Positions 1 through 9,627 of a DNA stretch of 45,376 bases are shown piece after piece. The notes below the pieces were generated by a model. That model ran no database searches. It was not told the DNA's origin and saw nothing but the letters and a program-made list of their open reading frames with translations. The DNA is from an uncultured Eggerthellaceae bacterium. Its GTDB lineage: Bacteria; Actinomycetota; Coriobacteriia; Coriobacteriales; Eggerthellaceae. The translations under genes were made by a program, and so were the position numbers. The DNA lies in NCBI GenBank assembly GCA_949450265.1, contig CASTMW010000001.1:1-45376 (forward strand), read 5' to 3'. Each line of letters opens with the position of its first letter. Positions within the stretch are counted from its first letter, which is position 1.

Positions 1-4
1 AGCA

Positions 5-38
5 AGTGGGACTGGAAACTTTTGTTTCCAGTCCCACT
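5..38. repeat. Perfect 15-bp inverted repeat (REP-like hairpin or terminator)
   Basis: AGTGGGACTGGAAAC-TTTT-GTTTCCAGTCCCACT; no U-tract follows on either strand. Confidence 0.7.
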
Positions 39-209
39 ATCGGGGTTCAGTTCACAAGTGGCTTCCCTCTTTTTTGCGCGGCGTTCTTATCTTTGGTTCG
101 AATATGCACTTTAACAGTGCGATAGTGGCCAGAATGCGCACTCAGACGGTGCATATTGGAGATCTGGGCGTTTGAAGGTTCCTGCGATGCAGACAAGGGT
201 GATGCCTGT

Positions 210-668
210 TCAGAGTTCCTCAGTGCTATAGACAATGCCATCTATTGTTCGTATATGCTCGAATAGCGCTGTGGGATCGAATATAGGTATGGGTGATTTG
301 TCGAAGCCATTCGCATCGCGCGTTACTATGGCTTCAGCCTTTACTTGTAACGCTGTTTGAAAGACCAGCGCATCTTCAAGGTCAGTCCAAGTCGAATGGG
401 CAATAGAGCGTATGTCTTCGCCACAGGTGCTGTAGATATGGATGAATTGGCAGAGTTTGTCGAGCACATCCTGTGCATATTCGGTAAAGGATGGTTTTCC
501 GCCTTCGGTGATGATGTAGATGATGTCGCTGATCTGAGAGGTGCCTATCCACAGTTCGAATTCGCCAAGATATCCCAATTCCAGGATGAGCATGGCTGCC
601 TCAGAAAAGGGTTCGCGACGAAGAAGAGCGTCAACAAGGACATTGGTATCCAGTACCAAACGCATCAT
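210..668 (-). CDS. PIN-domain toxin (VapC-like, PIN_3 type)
   Basis: N-terminal LVLDTNVLVD, plus DLEDAL and IVTRD..GF acidic PIN motifs; start overlaps the antitoxin stop (ATGA). Confidence 0.85.
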   Translation of the reverse strand: MMRLVLDTNVLVDALLRREPFSEAAMLILELGYLGEFELWIGTSQISDIIYIITEGGKPSFTEYAQDVLDKLCQFIHIYSTCGEDIRSIAHSTWTDLEDALVFQTALQVKAEAIVTRDANGFDKSPIPIFDPTALFEHIRTIDGIVYSTEEL

Positions 669-982
669 GCGACCTGTTCATCCTGGTGGTCGATATCGTA
701 TCCCATGGCGCGTGCTTTGCATTTCTTGATATCCGCATCGGTCATGTGCGAGAAGCTGTTCACTCGCTGCATGCTGCTCAAGAAATCATGTGCGCGTTGC
801 AGGTCCTTCTTCGTAATAGTGCGCTTCTCTTCGCGCTGAAAGGGCATTTCTCCAGTGCTGATCAGGTAATCGAATAGCTGATTGATCGCCTGAGACGTGT
901 TCAGTCCAAGCTCCTTGAGAACGCGCGTTCCTTCCTTCTTCTTCTGTTGCGACATGCGTCCCGTAACCATAGTATCAGTCAT
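665..982 (-). CDS. RelB/DinJ-family antitoxin
   Basis: MTDTMVTGRMSQQKK...LKELGLNTSQAINQLFDYL...GEMPF ribbon-helix-helix pattern; GGAGG RBS before ATG at 982. Confidence 0.8.
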   Translation of the reverse strand: MTDTMVTGRMSQQKKKEGTRVLKELGLNTSQAINQLFDYLISTGEMPFQREEKRTITKKDLQRAHDFLSSMQRVNSFSHMTDADIKKCKARAMGYDIDHQDEQVA

Positions 983-993
983 GATCGCCTCCG

Positions 994-1011
994 ATGTTGT
1001 ACGTACAACAT
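994..1011. promoter_or_regulatory. Probable antitoxin operator, perfect 18-bp palindrome
   Basis: ATGTTGTACGTACAACAT lies between a minus-strand TGgTATTGT -10-like element and the antitoxin RBS. Confidence 0.7.
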
Positions 1012-1192
1012 ACAATACCACTTTGATCATAATGTGAAAAGGATGTCATTGCTGCGCTATAGCCTGCACCAGAACTTATACCATGGCTCGCCTTGCGCGC
1101 CTGCGCCCCTACGCGTTTGCACCACGGTGCGCCTTCGCACCTTCGCGGCCACCGTGCGCGTCAAAGGGCGCAGCAGCATATATAATCGTTCC

Positions 1193-3430
1193 ATGCCAAC
1201 TATCTGGGAAAACCTGTGCTATTTCTGGCGGCGCATGATCGTGCCGTACAAGCGCATCATCGGGTACATGGCGAAGTGGGTCGGCATCATGGTGTGCGTG
1301 GCGCTGGCGCTTGAGGTGTTCGTCTTCAACTTCAACTTCTTCGCCACGGCAGGCTACCAGCCGCTGAACATGAAGTCCCACATCAAGCTCTACGAGGGCC
1401 CTGACGAGACGTTCCGCATCACCGAGGCGCGCAACGTCATCGAGTTCAAGAACCTGAATAAAGAGGTGCACGACATCTACCTGGACTTCGCCAGCGACCA
1501 ACCGGCACAAAACATCCCCATCAAGATCCAGTTCACCGACGAAGCGCACCTGACGTACTTCGACAGTACGGAGTATTCCGAAGGCGTGCCCGTGGTGGAT
1601 GTGGCCACCAATTCGTGGCAGAGCCAGTTCATCAACCTGAACACGACCGGCCTGATGAACAATCTGAAGATCGAAGTGGTAGGCGACGACGTGCAGTATC
1701 CGGTGCGCCTGAACACCATCGTGCTGAACGCGCACCATCCGTTCATCTTCAGCGGCCTGCGCTTCGGCCTGATGCTGGGCGTGCTGCTGGTGGCGTTCAT
1801 GTTCCGCCCGAAGAGCGTGCTGTATCGCCTGCGCATCGTGGAGCATCCGCGCCGGTCGAAGGCGGGCATCATCGCCGCGAACGTGGTGGAGGTGACCATC
1901 ATCGCTGCGCTGCTATTCTACGGCAGCAACCTGGTGGGCGTGGCCACGCCGGGCTACAACCAGGGCGACTGGGACGGTCAGTCCATCGTGAACACCTTCG
2001 AGGTGGGCGGCGACAACGCCCAGCAATACGCCGAGCTGGCGAAGAGCTTCACGCAAGGCAAGCTGTATCTGGAAGAGGAGCCGCCGCAGTGGCTCCAGGA
2101 CATGAGCGACCCCTACGATAAAGGCGCGCGCGATGAGGCGCAAAAGGAGACGGGCGAGCCGTATCTGTTCGACGTGGCGTACTACGAAGGGCACTACTAC
2201 GTGTATTTCGGCGTGGTGCCGGTGCTGTTGTTCTATCTGCCATTCTATATGCTGACCGGGGCAAACTTTCCTACGGCCATCGGCGTGCTGGTGGCGGCCG
2301 TCATGTTCACGCTGGGGTGCTCGGCCATGCTGGACCGCTTTGCGCGCTATCACTTCAAGCGTGTGAGCCTGGGCATCTATCTGCTGGTGCAGATTCCCAT
2401 CATCTTCTGCAGCGGCGTGCTGTATCTGGTGAAGTTCCCCACGTTCTATTCGCTGCCCATCGCCTGCGCCATGGCGTTCTCGGTGTGGGGCCTGTACTTC
2501 TGGATGCGCGGGCGCGAGAGCAGCCGTCGGCGGCTCATGTTCGTGCTGGGGTCGCTGTGCATGGCGCTGGTGGCGGGGTGTCGCCCGCAGTTCCTGCTAC
2601 TGAGCCTGCTGGCGGTGCCGCTTTTCTGGCGCACCTACATCACAAAGCGCCGTCTGTTCACGCGCGCCGGTGCCAGTGAGTTCGCATGCTTGATGTTGCC
2701 GTACGTGGTGGTGGCTATGGGCATCATGGCGTATAACTACGCGCGCTTCGGCGGCTTCACCGACTTCGGCGCCAACTACAACCTGACCATGAACGACATG
2801 ACGCAGCGCGGCTGGGTGTGGGGACGCCTGCCCGGTGCGTTCTTTAGCTATTTCCTGCAACCGGCGAACATGGTGGGCGTCTTCCCCTTCCTGCAACCGA
2901 CCGAATTCGCTACCACCTACATGGGCCAAACCATCAAAGAGGTCACCTTTGGCGGCATCTTCGCGTGCCTGCCGGTGCTGTGGGTGCTGTTTTTCGCCGC
3001 GCCCATCGTGCGGCTACGCAATGCCCAGCGCTCGACGCGCACCATCAGCGGCGTCATCGTGTGCCTGTTGGTCAGCGGTGTTGCCATTGCCATGGTGGAC
3101 GCGCAGATGGCGGGCATCTTGCAGCGCTATTACGCCGATTTCAGCTTCATGTTCTTGGCAGCGGTGGTGCTGCTGGTGTTCATCGTGAACGAGAACGTGG
3201 CCGACGACCCGCTGCCGAGCAGCCTGGTGCCCGCGCCCGACACGGGCGCTCCCACGCCGGTGGGTGATCGGCGCACCCGCGCCTTGATGACCCGCGCTCT
3301 GCTGGCGCTCGCGGCGCTGAGCGTTGCGTACAGCTTGCTGCTATGCTTCGTTCCGGAGACGGGGTGGTATTCTGATATCTATCCTTGGGCGTACCAAGAT
3401 GTGCTGGAGACGTTCCTGTTCTGGACCTGA
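1193..3430 (+). CDS. Large polytopic membrane protein, possible GT-C-fold glycosyltransferase
   Basis: Many TM segments and a large extracytoplasmic domain; motifs DVAYYEGHYYVYFGVVP, GCRP, YNYARFG; TATAAT at 1181-1186 just before ATG 1193. Function is inference. Confidence 0.7.
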   Translation: MPTIWENLCYFWRRMIVPYKRIIGYMAKWVGIMVCVALALEVFVFNFNFFATAGYQPLNMKSHIKLYEGPDETFRITEARNVIEFKNLNKEVHDIYLDFASDQPAQNIPIKIQFTDEAHLTYFDSTEYSEGVPVVDVATNSWQSQFINLNTTGLMNNLKIEVVGDDVQYPVRLNTIVLNAHHPFIFSGLRFGLMLGVLLVAFMFRPKSVLYRLRIVEHPRRSKAGIIAANVVEVTIIAALLFYGSNLVGVATPGYNQGDWDGQSIVNTFEVGGDNAQQYAELAKSFTQGKLYLEEEPPQWLQDMSDPYDKGARDEAQKETGEPYLFDVAYYEGHYYVYFGVVPVLLFYLPFYMLTGANFPTAIGVLVAAVMFTLGCSAMLDRFARYHFKRVSLGIYLLVQIPIIFCSGVLYLVKFPTFYSLPIACAMAFSVWGLYFWMRGRESSRRRLMFVLGSLCMALVAGCRPQFLLLSLLAVPLFWRTYITKRRLFTRAGASEFACLMLPYVVVAMGIMAYNYARFGGFTDFGANYNLTMNDMTQRGWVWGRLPGAFFSYFLQPANMVGVFPFLQPTEFATTYMGQTIKEVTFGGIFACLPVLWVLFFAAPIVRLRNAQRSTRTISGVIVCLLVSGVAIAMVDAQMAGILQRYYADFSFMFLAAVVLLVFIVNENVADDPLPSSLVPAPDTGAPTPVGDRRTRALMTRALLALAALSVAYSLLLCFVPETGWYSDIYPWAYQDVLETFLFWT

Positions 3431-3507
3431 TGGCGCAGGCCCGGGCGCAACGCCGAAGGCGGGAAGCGCAGGCAAGAGAGGGCGGCTGGGTGCCGCAGGA
3501 GGCGAAC

Positions 3508-4239
3508 ATGGAATTCATCATCACCGATACCTATGACCAGATGAGCCGCGCGGCGGCCGACGCGATAGGAGCGAAGGTGCGCTCGTGCCCTGACTGCACA
3601 CTAGGGCTGGCTACCGGCTCCACGCCCATTGGCACGTATGCGTGCCTAGTGGCCGACCATGAGACGGGCATGCTGGATTTCAGCGGCGTGACTACCTTCA
3701 ACTTGGACGAGTACGCCGGGTTGGCACCCGACCATTGTCAGAGCTACCGCTACTTCATGAACGACAACCTGTTCGACCATGTGAACATCGACAAGGCGCG
3801 CACGCATGTGCCCAACGGTGCCGACGCGAACGCGGATGCGGTCTGCGACGAGTACGAGCAGGCCATCTGGGACAACGGTGGCATCGACCTGCAGCTTCTA
3901 GGGCTCGGGCACAACGGCCACATCGGCTTCAACGAACCGGCTGACGCCTTCCCGGTGGGCACCCATGCGGTGCAGCTGACCGAGAGCACCATCAACGCGA
4001 ACAGTCGCCTGTTCGACAGCATCGACGAAGTGCCGCGCAGCGCCTACACCATGGGCATCGGGACCATCATGGGCGCGCGCGAGGTGCTGGTGGTGGTCAG
4101 CGGTGCCGACAAGGCCGACATCGTGGCGAAGGCGTTCTGCGGGCCGGTGGTGCCGCAGGTACCCGCATCCGTGCTGCAACTGCATCCCGCGTGCACCGTC
4201 ATCTGCGATGCGGAGGCGGCTGCCAAGCTGCCACGCTGA
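3508..4239 (+). CDS. nagB: Glucosamine-6-phosphate deaminase
   Basis: LGLATGSTP, FNLDEY, LLGLGHNGHIGFNEP, PASVLQLH; AGGAGG RBS. Confidence 0.95.
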   Translation: MEFIITDTYDQMSRAAADAIGAKVRSCPDCTLGLATGSTPIGTYACLVADHETGMLDFSGVTTFNLDEYAGLAPDHCQSYRYFMNDNLFDHVNIDKARTHVPNGADANADAVCDEYEQAIWDNGGIDLQLLGLGHNGHIGFNEPADAFPVGTHAVQLTESTINANSRLFDSIDEVPRSAYTMGIGTIMGAREVLVVVSGADKADIVAKAFCGPVVPQVPASVLQLHPACTVICDAEAAAKLPR

Positions 4240-4398
4240 CGCCGACCAGCGCGCGCTGAAAGGAAGGACGCGCAGCATGGGAAGAACCTTGGAATGGGCA
4301 TTTTGTTCGTATGAGTGCGTTTTCTCCTTCGATTGGTGCTGCCGCGCGCTGTTTTCTCGTGTACACTAAGGTGGTAACGTCTAGGTAAGGGGAATCGC

Positions 4399-5346
4399 GT
4401 GAATAACCTACTTCGTTTGATAGGTAATCGCATCCTGTGGTTACCTGTCATGATCTTGGGTGTCACCATCCTCGTGTTCTTCATCATGTCACTCTCGCCC
4501 ATCGATCCCGCGTATTCGGTCCTGGGCGAGAATGCCACGGTGGAGCAGGCGCAGGCCTATCGCGAGCAGATGGGGCTCAACGACCCGATCATTGTCCAGT
4601 ACGGCAATTTCCTGGTAGGGCTCTTCCAGGGGGATCTGGGCACTTACGGCGCCTCGCGCATGAGCGTGACCGATCGCGTGCTCGAAGCGTTGCCCGTCAC
4701 GTTGCAGCTGACCTTCATGGGTCTGATCTTCGGCGTGGTGGTGGCCGTCATCCTGGGTGTGGTCTCCGCGCTGTATCGTGATCGCTGGCCCGACCAGATC
4801 ATCCGCATCCTGTCCATCGCCTGCATCGCCACGCCGTCCTTCTGGCTGGCGGTCCTTCTGATCCTGGCGTTCCAAGGCGTGCTGCCCGCATCGGGCAAGC
4901 TGCCTGACTTCTTCGTCGATCCGAGCGGTTGGTTCCTGCGCATGCTGTTGCCCGCCATCTCGCTGGGCGTGCCGGTGGCTGGCCAGCTGACGCGCGTGGT
5001 GCGCACCTCCATGGTGGAGGAGCTGGATAAGGACTACGTCCGCACGGCGTTGGGTGCGGGCATCCCGAAGAGCGTGGTGGTGGCGCGCAACGTGCTGCGC
5101 AATGCGCTGATCACCCCGGTCACGGTGCTGGGCTTGCGCATCGGCTACCTGATCGGCGGCGCGGTCATCATCGAGGTCATCTTCAACCTGCCCGGCATGG
5201 GCATGGCCATCGTTTCAGGCATCCAATCCAATTACCTGTACTTGGTGCAGGGTGTGGTGCTCACCGTGGCCATCGCGTTCATCATCATAAACATCATCGT
5301 CGATATGCTCTACATCCTTATCGACCCGCGCATAAGGACGGTGTAG
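4399..5346 (+). CDS. Opp/Dpp-family ABC permease (DppB type), probable sialic acid transporter subunit
   Basis: GLNDPIIVQY, LPVTLQL, DYVRTA..G, IDPRIR; GTG start with AAGGGG RBS. Confidence 0.9.
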   Translation: MNNLLRLIGNRILWLPVMILGVTILVFFIMSLSPIDPAYSVLGENATVEQAQAYREQMGLNDPIIVQYGNFLVGLFQGDLGTYGASRMSVTDRVLEALPVTLQLTFMGLIFGVVVAVILGVVSALYRDRWPDQIIRILSIACIATPSFWLAVLLILAFQGVLPASGKLPDFFVDPSGWFLRMLLPAISLGVPVAGQLTRVVRTSMVEELDKDYVRTALGAGIPKSVVVARNVLRNALITPVTVLGLRIGYLIGGAVIIEVIFNLPGMGMAIVSGIQSNYLYLVQGVVLTVAIAFIIINIIVDMLYILIDPRIRTV

Positions 5347-5347
5347 C

Positions 5348-7474
5348 ATGGCCTCTGACGAGCTGTATACCCCCAAAGACGAAGCGAAGGCGCCCCTGTA
5401 CGGCACCGACGCTGCGGCGGCGGCCACCGAACCGGCTGCGGGCAGTCCTGATCTGGGGCCGAAGCTGCGCGGGAAGACCACTGAGAAGCTGGAAGGCAAG
5501 GTACGCTTCCGCCGCTGGAAGAACATGCCCATCAGTTCGCGCGTCGCGCTGATCATCCTGATCGTCATCGTGCTGATCGCCGTGTTCGCGAACTTCTTGG
5601 CACCATACAATCCCTACGAGATCACGGTGGCGCGCGAAGCGCCCGATGCCGCGCACCTGTTCGGCACTGACGACAAGGGCCGCGACGTGCTTTCGCGCAT
5701 GATGTACGGCGGGCGCTACTCACTGGTCATCGGCCTGGGCGCAACGGCGTTCGCGCTGGTGGTCGGCAGCATCATCGGCTCGCTGGCGGCCGTGGTGCGC
5801 AGCTGGATCTCCAATCTGATCATGCGCATCCTGGACATCATCATGTCCTTCCCGGGCATCGCGCTGGCCGCCACGTTCGTCATCGTGTTCGGCAATTCGG
5901 TGCCATCGCTCATCTTTGCCATCGGCTTCTTGTACATCCCGCAGATCGCCCGTATCGTACGAGCGAACGTGATGAGCGAATACAACCAGGACTACGTGCG
6001 CGCGGTTATCGTGTCCGGCGCACGGGCCAATTGGATCCTGGTGAAGCACGTCATCCGCAACTGCATCGCGCCGGTACTGGTGTTCACCATCGTGCTGGTG
6101 GCTGATGCCATCGTGTTCGAGGCGTCGCTGTCATTCATCAGCGCAGGCATTCCCGAACCGACACCCACCTGGGGCAACATCCTGGCCGACGCGCGCGACG
6201 GTGTGCTGGCCGGGCGGTGGTGGCAGGCGCTGTTCCCCGGTCTTGCCATCATGATCACGGTGCTGTGCCTGAACATCTTCAGCGAGGGCATCACCGACGC
6301 CATGGCTGCACCGGCGAAGGCGCCAGTGGATGCGGGCGACGACAAGCTGGCTGGTGGCCGCGAGGCCGACCGCATGGTGGCCGACCCGAAGCTGGCCTAC
6401 GCTGCCCAGGCTGAGATGCTGGAGAAGCGCCTGGATGCGCTGCGCGCCATCGAAGCCCAGCGCACCGATCGCTTCACGGCGAAGACCGATGTGCCGCCGG
6501 TCCTTGAGGTGAAGAATCTCTGCATCCGCTTCCCACGGCATGGGGATGTGAACGTGGTGGACAATGTTAGCTTCGTGGTGCGCCCACGCCAGACCATGGG
6601 CCTGGTGGGCGAATCGGGCTGCGGCAAGTCCATCACCAGCCTTGCCATCATGGGCTTGCTCGATCGCAGCGCCACCATCACCGGCGAGGTGCTCTATAAC
6701 GGCGAGAACCTGCTGAAGCTCAACGATCGCGAGATGAATCGTCTGCGCGGTCGCGAGATAGCCATGATCTACCAGGATGCACTGAGCTCGCTGAATCCCA
6801 GCATGCTCATCAAGGCGCAGATGAAGCAGCTGACCAAGCGCGGCGGCACCCGCACCGCTGAAGAGCTGCTGGAGCTGGTGGGCCTCGATCCGAAGCGCAC
6901 GCTGGATTCCTATCCGCATGAACTTTCTGGTGGTCAGCGCCAGCGCGTGCTGATCGCCATGGCGCTGACGCGCGACCCGAAGGTCATCATCGCCGACGAG
7001 CCCACCACGGCGCTGGACGTTACGGTGCAGAAGCAGGTGGTGGATCTGTTGAACCGCCTGCAGAAGGAACTGGGTTTCGCCATGGTGTTCGTCAGCCATG
7101 ACCTGGCGCTGGTGGCGGAAGTGGCCAATTCCATCACGGTCATGTACGCGGGCCAAGTGGTGGAGCAGGGTCCGGTCACCGACATCCTGACCAGCCCCAT
7201 CCACGAATACACGCGTGGCCTGCTGGGCAGCGTGCTGTCCATCGAAGCCGGTGGCGACCGTCTGCATCAGGTGCCCGGCAGCGTGCCCAGTCCGAAGGAC
7301 TTCCCCGAGGGCGACCGCTTCACGCCGCGCAGCAGCCATCCCGACAAGGTGTCGCCCATCCGTCCGAAGCTCAAGCGTTACGGGAATACCGACCATTACT
7401 TCGCCGAGTTGCCTGACAGCGAACTGGCGCGCCTTGGCATAGAGCCCTATGTACCAGGAGGTCCGATCGAATGA
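5348..7474 (+). CDS. Fused ABC permease/ATP-binding protein (DppC-DppD type)
   Basis: HLFGTDDKGRD permease domain followed by GESGCGKS Walker A, LSGGQRQR, IADEPTTALD. Confidence 0.92.
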   Translation: MASDELYTPKDEAKAPLYGTDAAAAATEPAAGSPDLGPKLRGKTTEKLEGKVRFRRWKNMPISSRVALIILIVIVLIAVFANFLAPYNPYEITVAREAPDAAHLFGTDDKGRDVLSRMMYGGRYSLVIGLGATAFALVVGSIIGSLAAVVRSWISNLIMRILDIIMSFPGIALAATFVIVFGNSVPSLIFAIGFLYIPQIARIVRANVMSEYNQDYVRAVIVSGARANWILVKHVIRNCIAPVLVFTIVLVADAIVFEASLSFISAGIPEPTPTWGNILADARDGVLAGRWWQALFPGLAIMITVLCLNIFSEGITDAMAAPAKAPVDAGDDKLAGGREADRMVADPKLAYAAQAEMLEKRLDALRAIEAQRTDRFTAKTDVPPVLEVKNLCIRFPRHGDVNVVDNVSFVVRPRQTMGLVGESGCGKSITSLAIMGLLDRSATITGEVLYNGENLLKLNDREMNRLRGREIAMIYQDALSSLNPSMLIKAQMKQLTKRGGTRTAEELLELVGLDPKRTLDSYPHELSGGQRQRVLIAMALTRDPKVIIADEPTTALDVTVQKQVVDLLNRLQKELGFAMVFVSHDLALVAEVANSITVMYAGQVVEQGPVTDILTSPIHEYTRGLLGSVLSIEAGGDRLHQVPGSVPSPKDFPEGDRFTPRSSHPDKVSPIRPKLKRYGNTDHYFAELPDSELARLGIEPYVPGGPIE

Positions 7475-8508
7475 GCGACCGTAAAACCTTGAGCGAAGAG
7501 ATGGTAGCCGCCGCGGGCGGGGCTCTTGCGTCCGACAAGGCGAAGGTGCGCAGCGATGCCGAGCTGTATGAGCGGGCCACAATCGAGGCTGGTGGCGCAG
7601 CTAGCGATGCGTGTGGCACTGCGACCGATGGCGTGGTGGCCTGTGAGACCCCTGCCAGCCACGAAGCGATCGACGCCGAAGAAGCGGTGTTCGAGCGCGA
7701 AGGCGTGGAGCCCATCATCTTCCTTGACAACATCGAAGTAACGTTCAAGACGCGCACGGGCAGCTTATTGCATCCGAACCTGGTGCATGCGGTGCGCGGG
7801 CTGACGCTGAAGCTGTGGCCCGGCGAGACCATCGGCATCGTGGGCGAATCCGGCTGCGGTAAATCCACCACGGCCAACGTGATGTGCGGCTTGCAGTCGC
7901 CCACCTCAGGGCGCGTGGTCTTCAAGGGCAAGGACGTCACCCACCGCACAGCAGCCGATCGTCGCATTATCGGGCGCGTTATCTCGGTGGTCTTCCAAGA
8001 TCCCGCCACGGCGCTGAACGCGCGCATGAGCGTGCGCGAGCAGCTGCTGGACCCTATGGTGGTGCACAAGGTGGGTACGAAGGAAGAGCGCGAACGCCGC
8101 GTGAACGACCTCATCGGCATGGTGGGCCTGCCGCAGAGCGCGCTGGATGCGCTGCCCGGGCAGCTCTCCGGCGGCCAGCGCCAGCGCGTGGCCATCGCGC
8201 GCGCTCTGGCTTTGAAGCCCGATGCCATCATCGCTGACGAACCGACCAGTGCGCTCGACGTGTCGGTGCGCGCGCAGATCCTGAACCTGCTGATGGACCT
8301 GAAAAAGGAACTGGGGCTTGCCATGGTGTTCATCAGCCATGACATCCAAACGGTCCGCTACATCTCCGACCGCATCATCGTCATGAATGCGGGTCGTGCG
8401 GTGGAGCGGGGCACGGCCGAGCAGGTGTTCAACGACCCACAGGACAGCTACACGCGCCTGCTCTTGGGGGCAGCGCCGTCGCTGTTGCATCCCGAATTGG
8501 GGAAATGA
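7471..8508 (+). CDS. ABC ATP-binding protein (DppF type)
   Basis: GESGCGKST, LSGGQRQR, ADEPTSALD; ATGA overlap with the upstream gene; low-complexity N-terminal extension. Confidence 0.92.
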   Translation: MSDRKTLSEEMVAAAGGALASDKAKVRSDAELYERATIEAGGAASDACGTATDGVVACETPASHEAIDAEEAVFEREGVEPIIFLDNIEVTFKTRTGSLLHPNLVHAVRGLTLKLWPGETIGIVGESGCGKSTTANVMCGLQSPTSGRVVFKGKDVTHRTAADRRIIGRVISVVFQDPATALNARMSVREQLLDPMVVHKVGTKEERERRVNDLIGMVGLPQSALDALPGQLSGGQRQRVAIARALALKPDAIIADEPTSALDVSVRAQILNLLMDLKKELGLAMVFISHDIQTVRYISDRIIVMNAGRAVERGTAEQVFNDPQDSYTRLLLGAAPSLLHPELGK

Positions 8509-8514
8509 TCGTTT

Positions 8515-8547
8515 CGAGAAGCTCCCGCTGCGGGGGCTTCTCGTTTG
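8515..8547 (+). terminator. Rho-independent terminator after the ABC genes
   Basis: CGAGAAGCTCCC/GGGGGCTTCTCG stem (one G-U pair) followed by TTTGTTGT. Confidence 0.6.
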
Positions 8548-8593
8548 TTGTACCATACCTGCTTCCTATCGAAATGAGAGCGAAAGGGCCGAA

Positions 8594-9553
8594 ATGGAAG
8601 ATCTGAAGAAGTTCAGCGGCGTTATCCCCCCGGTCATCATCCCCCTGAAGGGCGATCGCACGCTCGATCTGACGTCGTTCGAGCGCAGCATAGACCGCAT
8701 GATCGATGCCGGTGTGAACGGGTTGTTCTTCCTGGGATCGAGCGGCGAGGTGGCGTTCCTCACCAACGATGAGCGCGAGCGCGTCTTGCGCGCTGCCCTG
8801 AAGATCGTCGACGGGCGCGTGCCAGTGCTGGTGGGCATCATCGACATGGAGACGATGCGCGTCATCGATCAGGCAAAGCGCGTGTCCCGCTGTGAAGGCG
8901 TGGATGCGTTGGTGGCTACGGCGCCCTTCTATGCGCTGGGCGGCCCTACCGAGACCGAGCGCCATTTCCGCGCCATCCGTGAGAGCACCGATCTTCCACT
9001 ATTCGCCTATGACCTGCCGGTCAGCGTGCACACGAAGCTCAACCCGGAGATGTTGATCCGCTTGGGTACCGACGGTGTGCTGCAAGGCGTGAAGGATTCG
9101 TCGGGCGACGATGTGCAGTTCCGCTGGCTGATGATCGAGAACGAGGAAGTGGGTCATCCCATGCAGCTGCTGACCGGGCACGAGGTGTGCGTGGATGGTG
9201 CGCTTCTGGGCGGCGCTGATGGCAGCGTACCGGGCTTGGCGAACATCGACCCGCACAGCTATGTGGAGATGTGGGAATGCGCGAAGCGCGGTGACTGGAA
9301 GCGTGTGACCGAGCTGCAGGATCATCTTGCGCGTCTGATGATGATGACGCGCCGTGTGAAGGCCACGGTCGGCTTCGGCGCGGGCGTGGGCGCGTTTAAG
9401 ACGGCGCTGTGGCAGATGGGCATCTTTGAAACGAACCAGATGCGCGAGCCGGTGGCGGCCTTGCAGGGCGAAGACGTCATGTCCATCGTGCGCGTGCTGC
9501 GTGAGAACGGCGTGGTGCCCAAGGATTCCCTGATGCGTCAGGCGTGGGATTAA
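8594..9553 (+). CDS. nanA: DHDPS-family aldolase, probable N-acetylneuraminate lyase
   Basis: GSSGE, FAYDLP, Schiff-base GVKDSSGD, LTGHEV; resembles actinobacterial NanA; context with ABC genes and nagB. Confidence 0.75.
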   Translation: MEDLKKFSGVIPPVIIPLKGDRTLDLTSFERSIDRMIDAGVNGLFFLGSSGEVAFLTNDERERVLRAALKIVDGRVPVLVGIIDMETMRVIDQAKRVSRCEGVDALVATAPFYALGGPTETERHFRAIRESTDLPLFAYDLPVSVHTKLNPEMLIRLGTDGVLQGVKDSSGDDVQFRWLMIENEEVGHPMQLLTGHEVCVDGALLGGADGSVPGLANIDPHSYVEMWECAKRGDWKRVTELQDHLARLMMMTRRVKATVGFGAGVGAFKTALWQMGIFETNQMREPVAALQGEDVMSIVRVLRENGVVPKDSLMRQAWD

Positions 9554-9627
9554 CTTTCGGGCGAAGCGAGCGTTGGCAGTCTGCTCTTAGGTGCGCCTGC
9601 GATCGGGGATGTCCCCAACGAACGAGC

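Noticed and set aside
47-241. 64-aa minus-strand ORF downstream of the PIN gene
   Set aside because: No recognisable motif or RBS; overlaps the toxin 3' end.
947-1192. N-terminal extension of the 827-aa ORF
   Set aside because: Overlaps the antitoxin gene and its promoter; TATAAT-ATG at 1181-1195 gives a better start.
4247-4351. Possible riboswitch or attenuator between nagB and the ABC permease
   Set aside because: Complementary patches (CAGCGCGCG/CGCGCGCTG and others) are short and GC-rich, match no known motif, and lie upstream of a likely -10 (TACACT).
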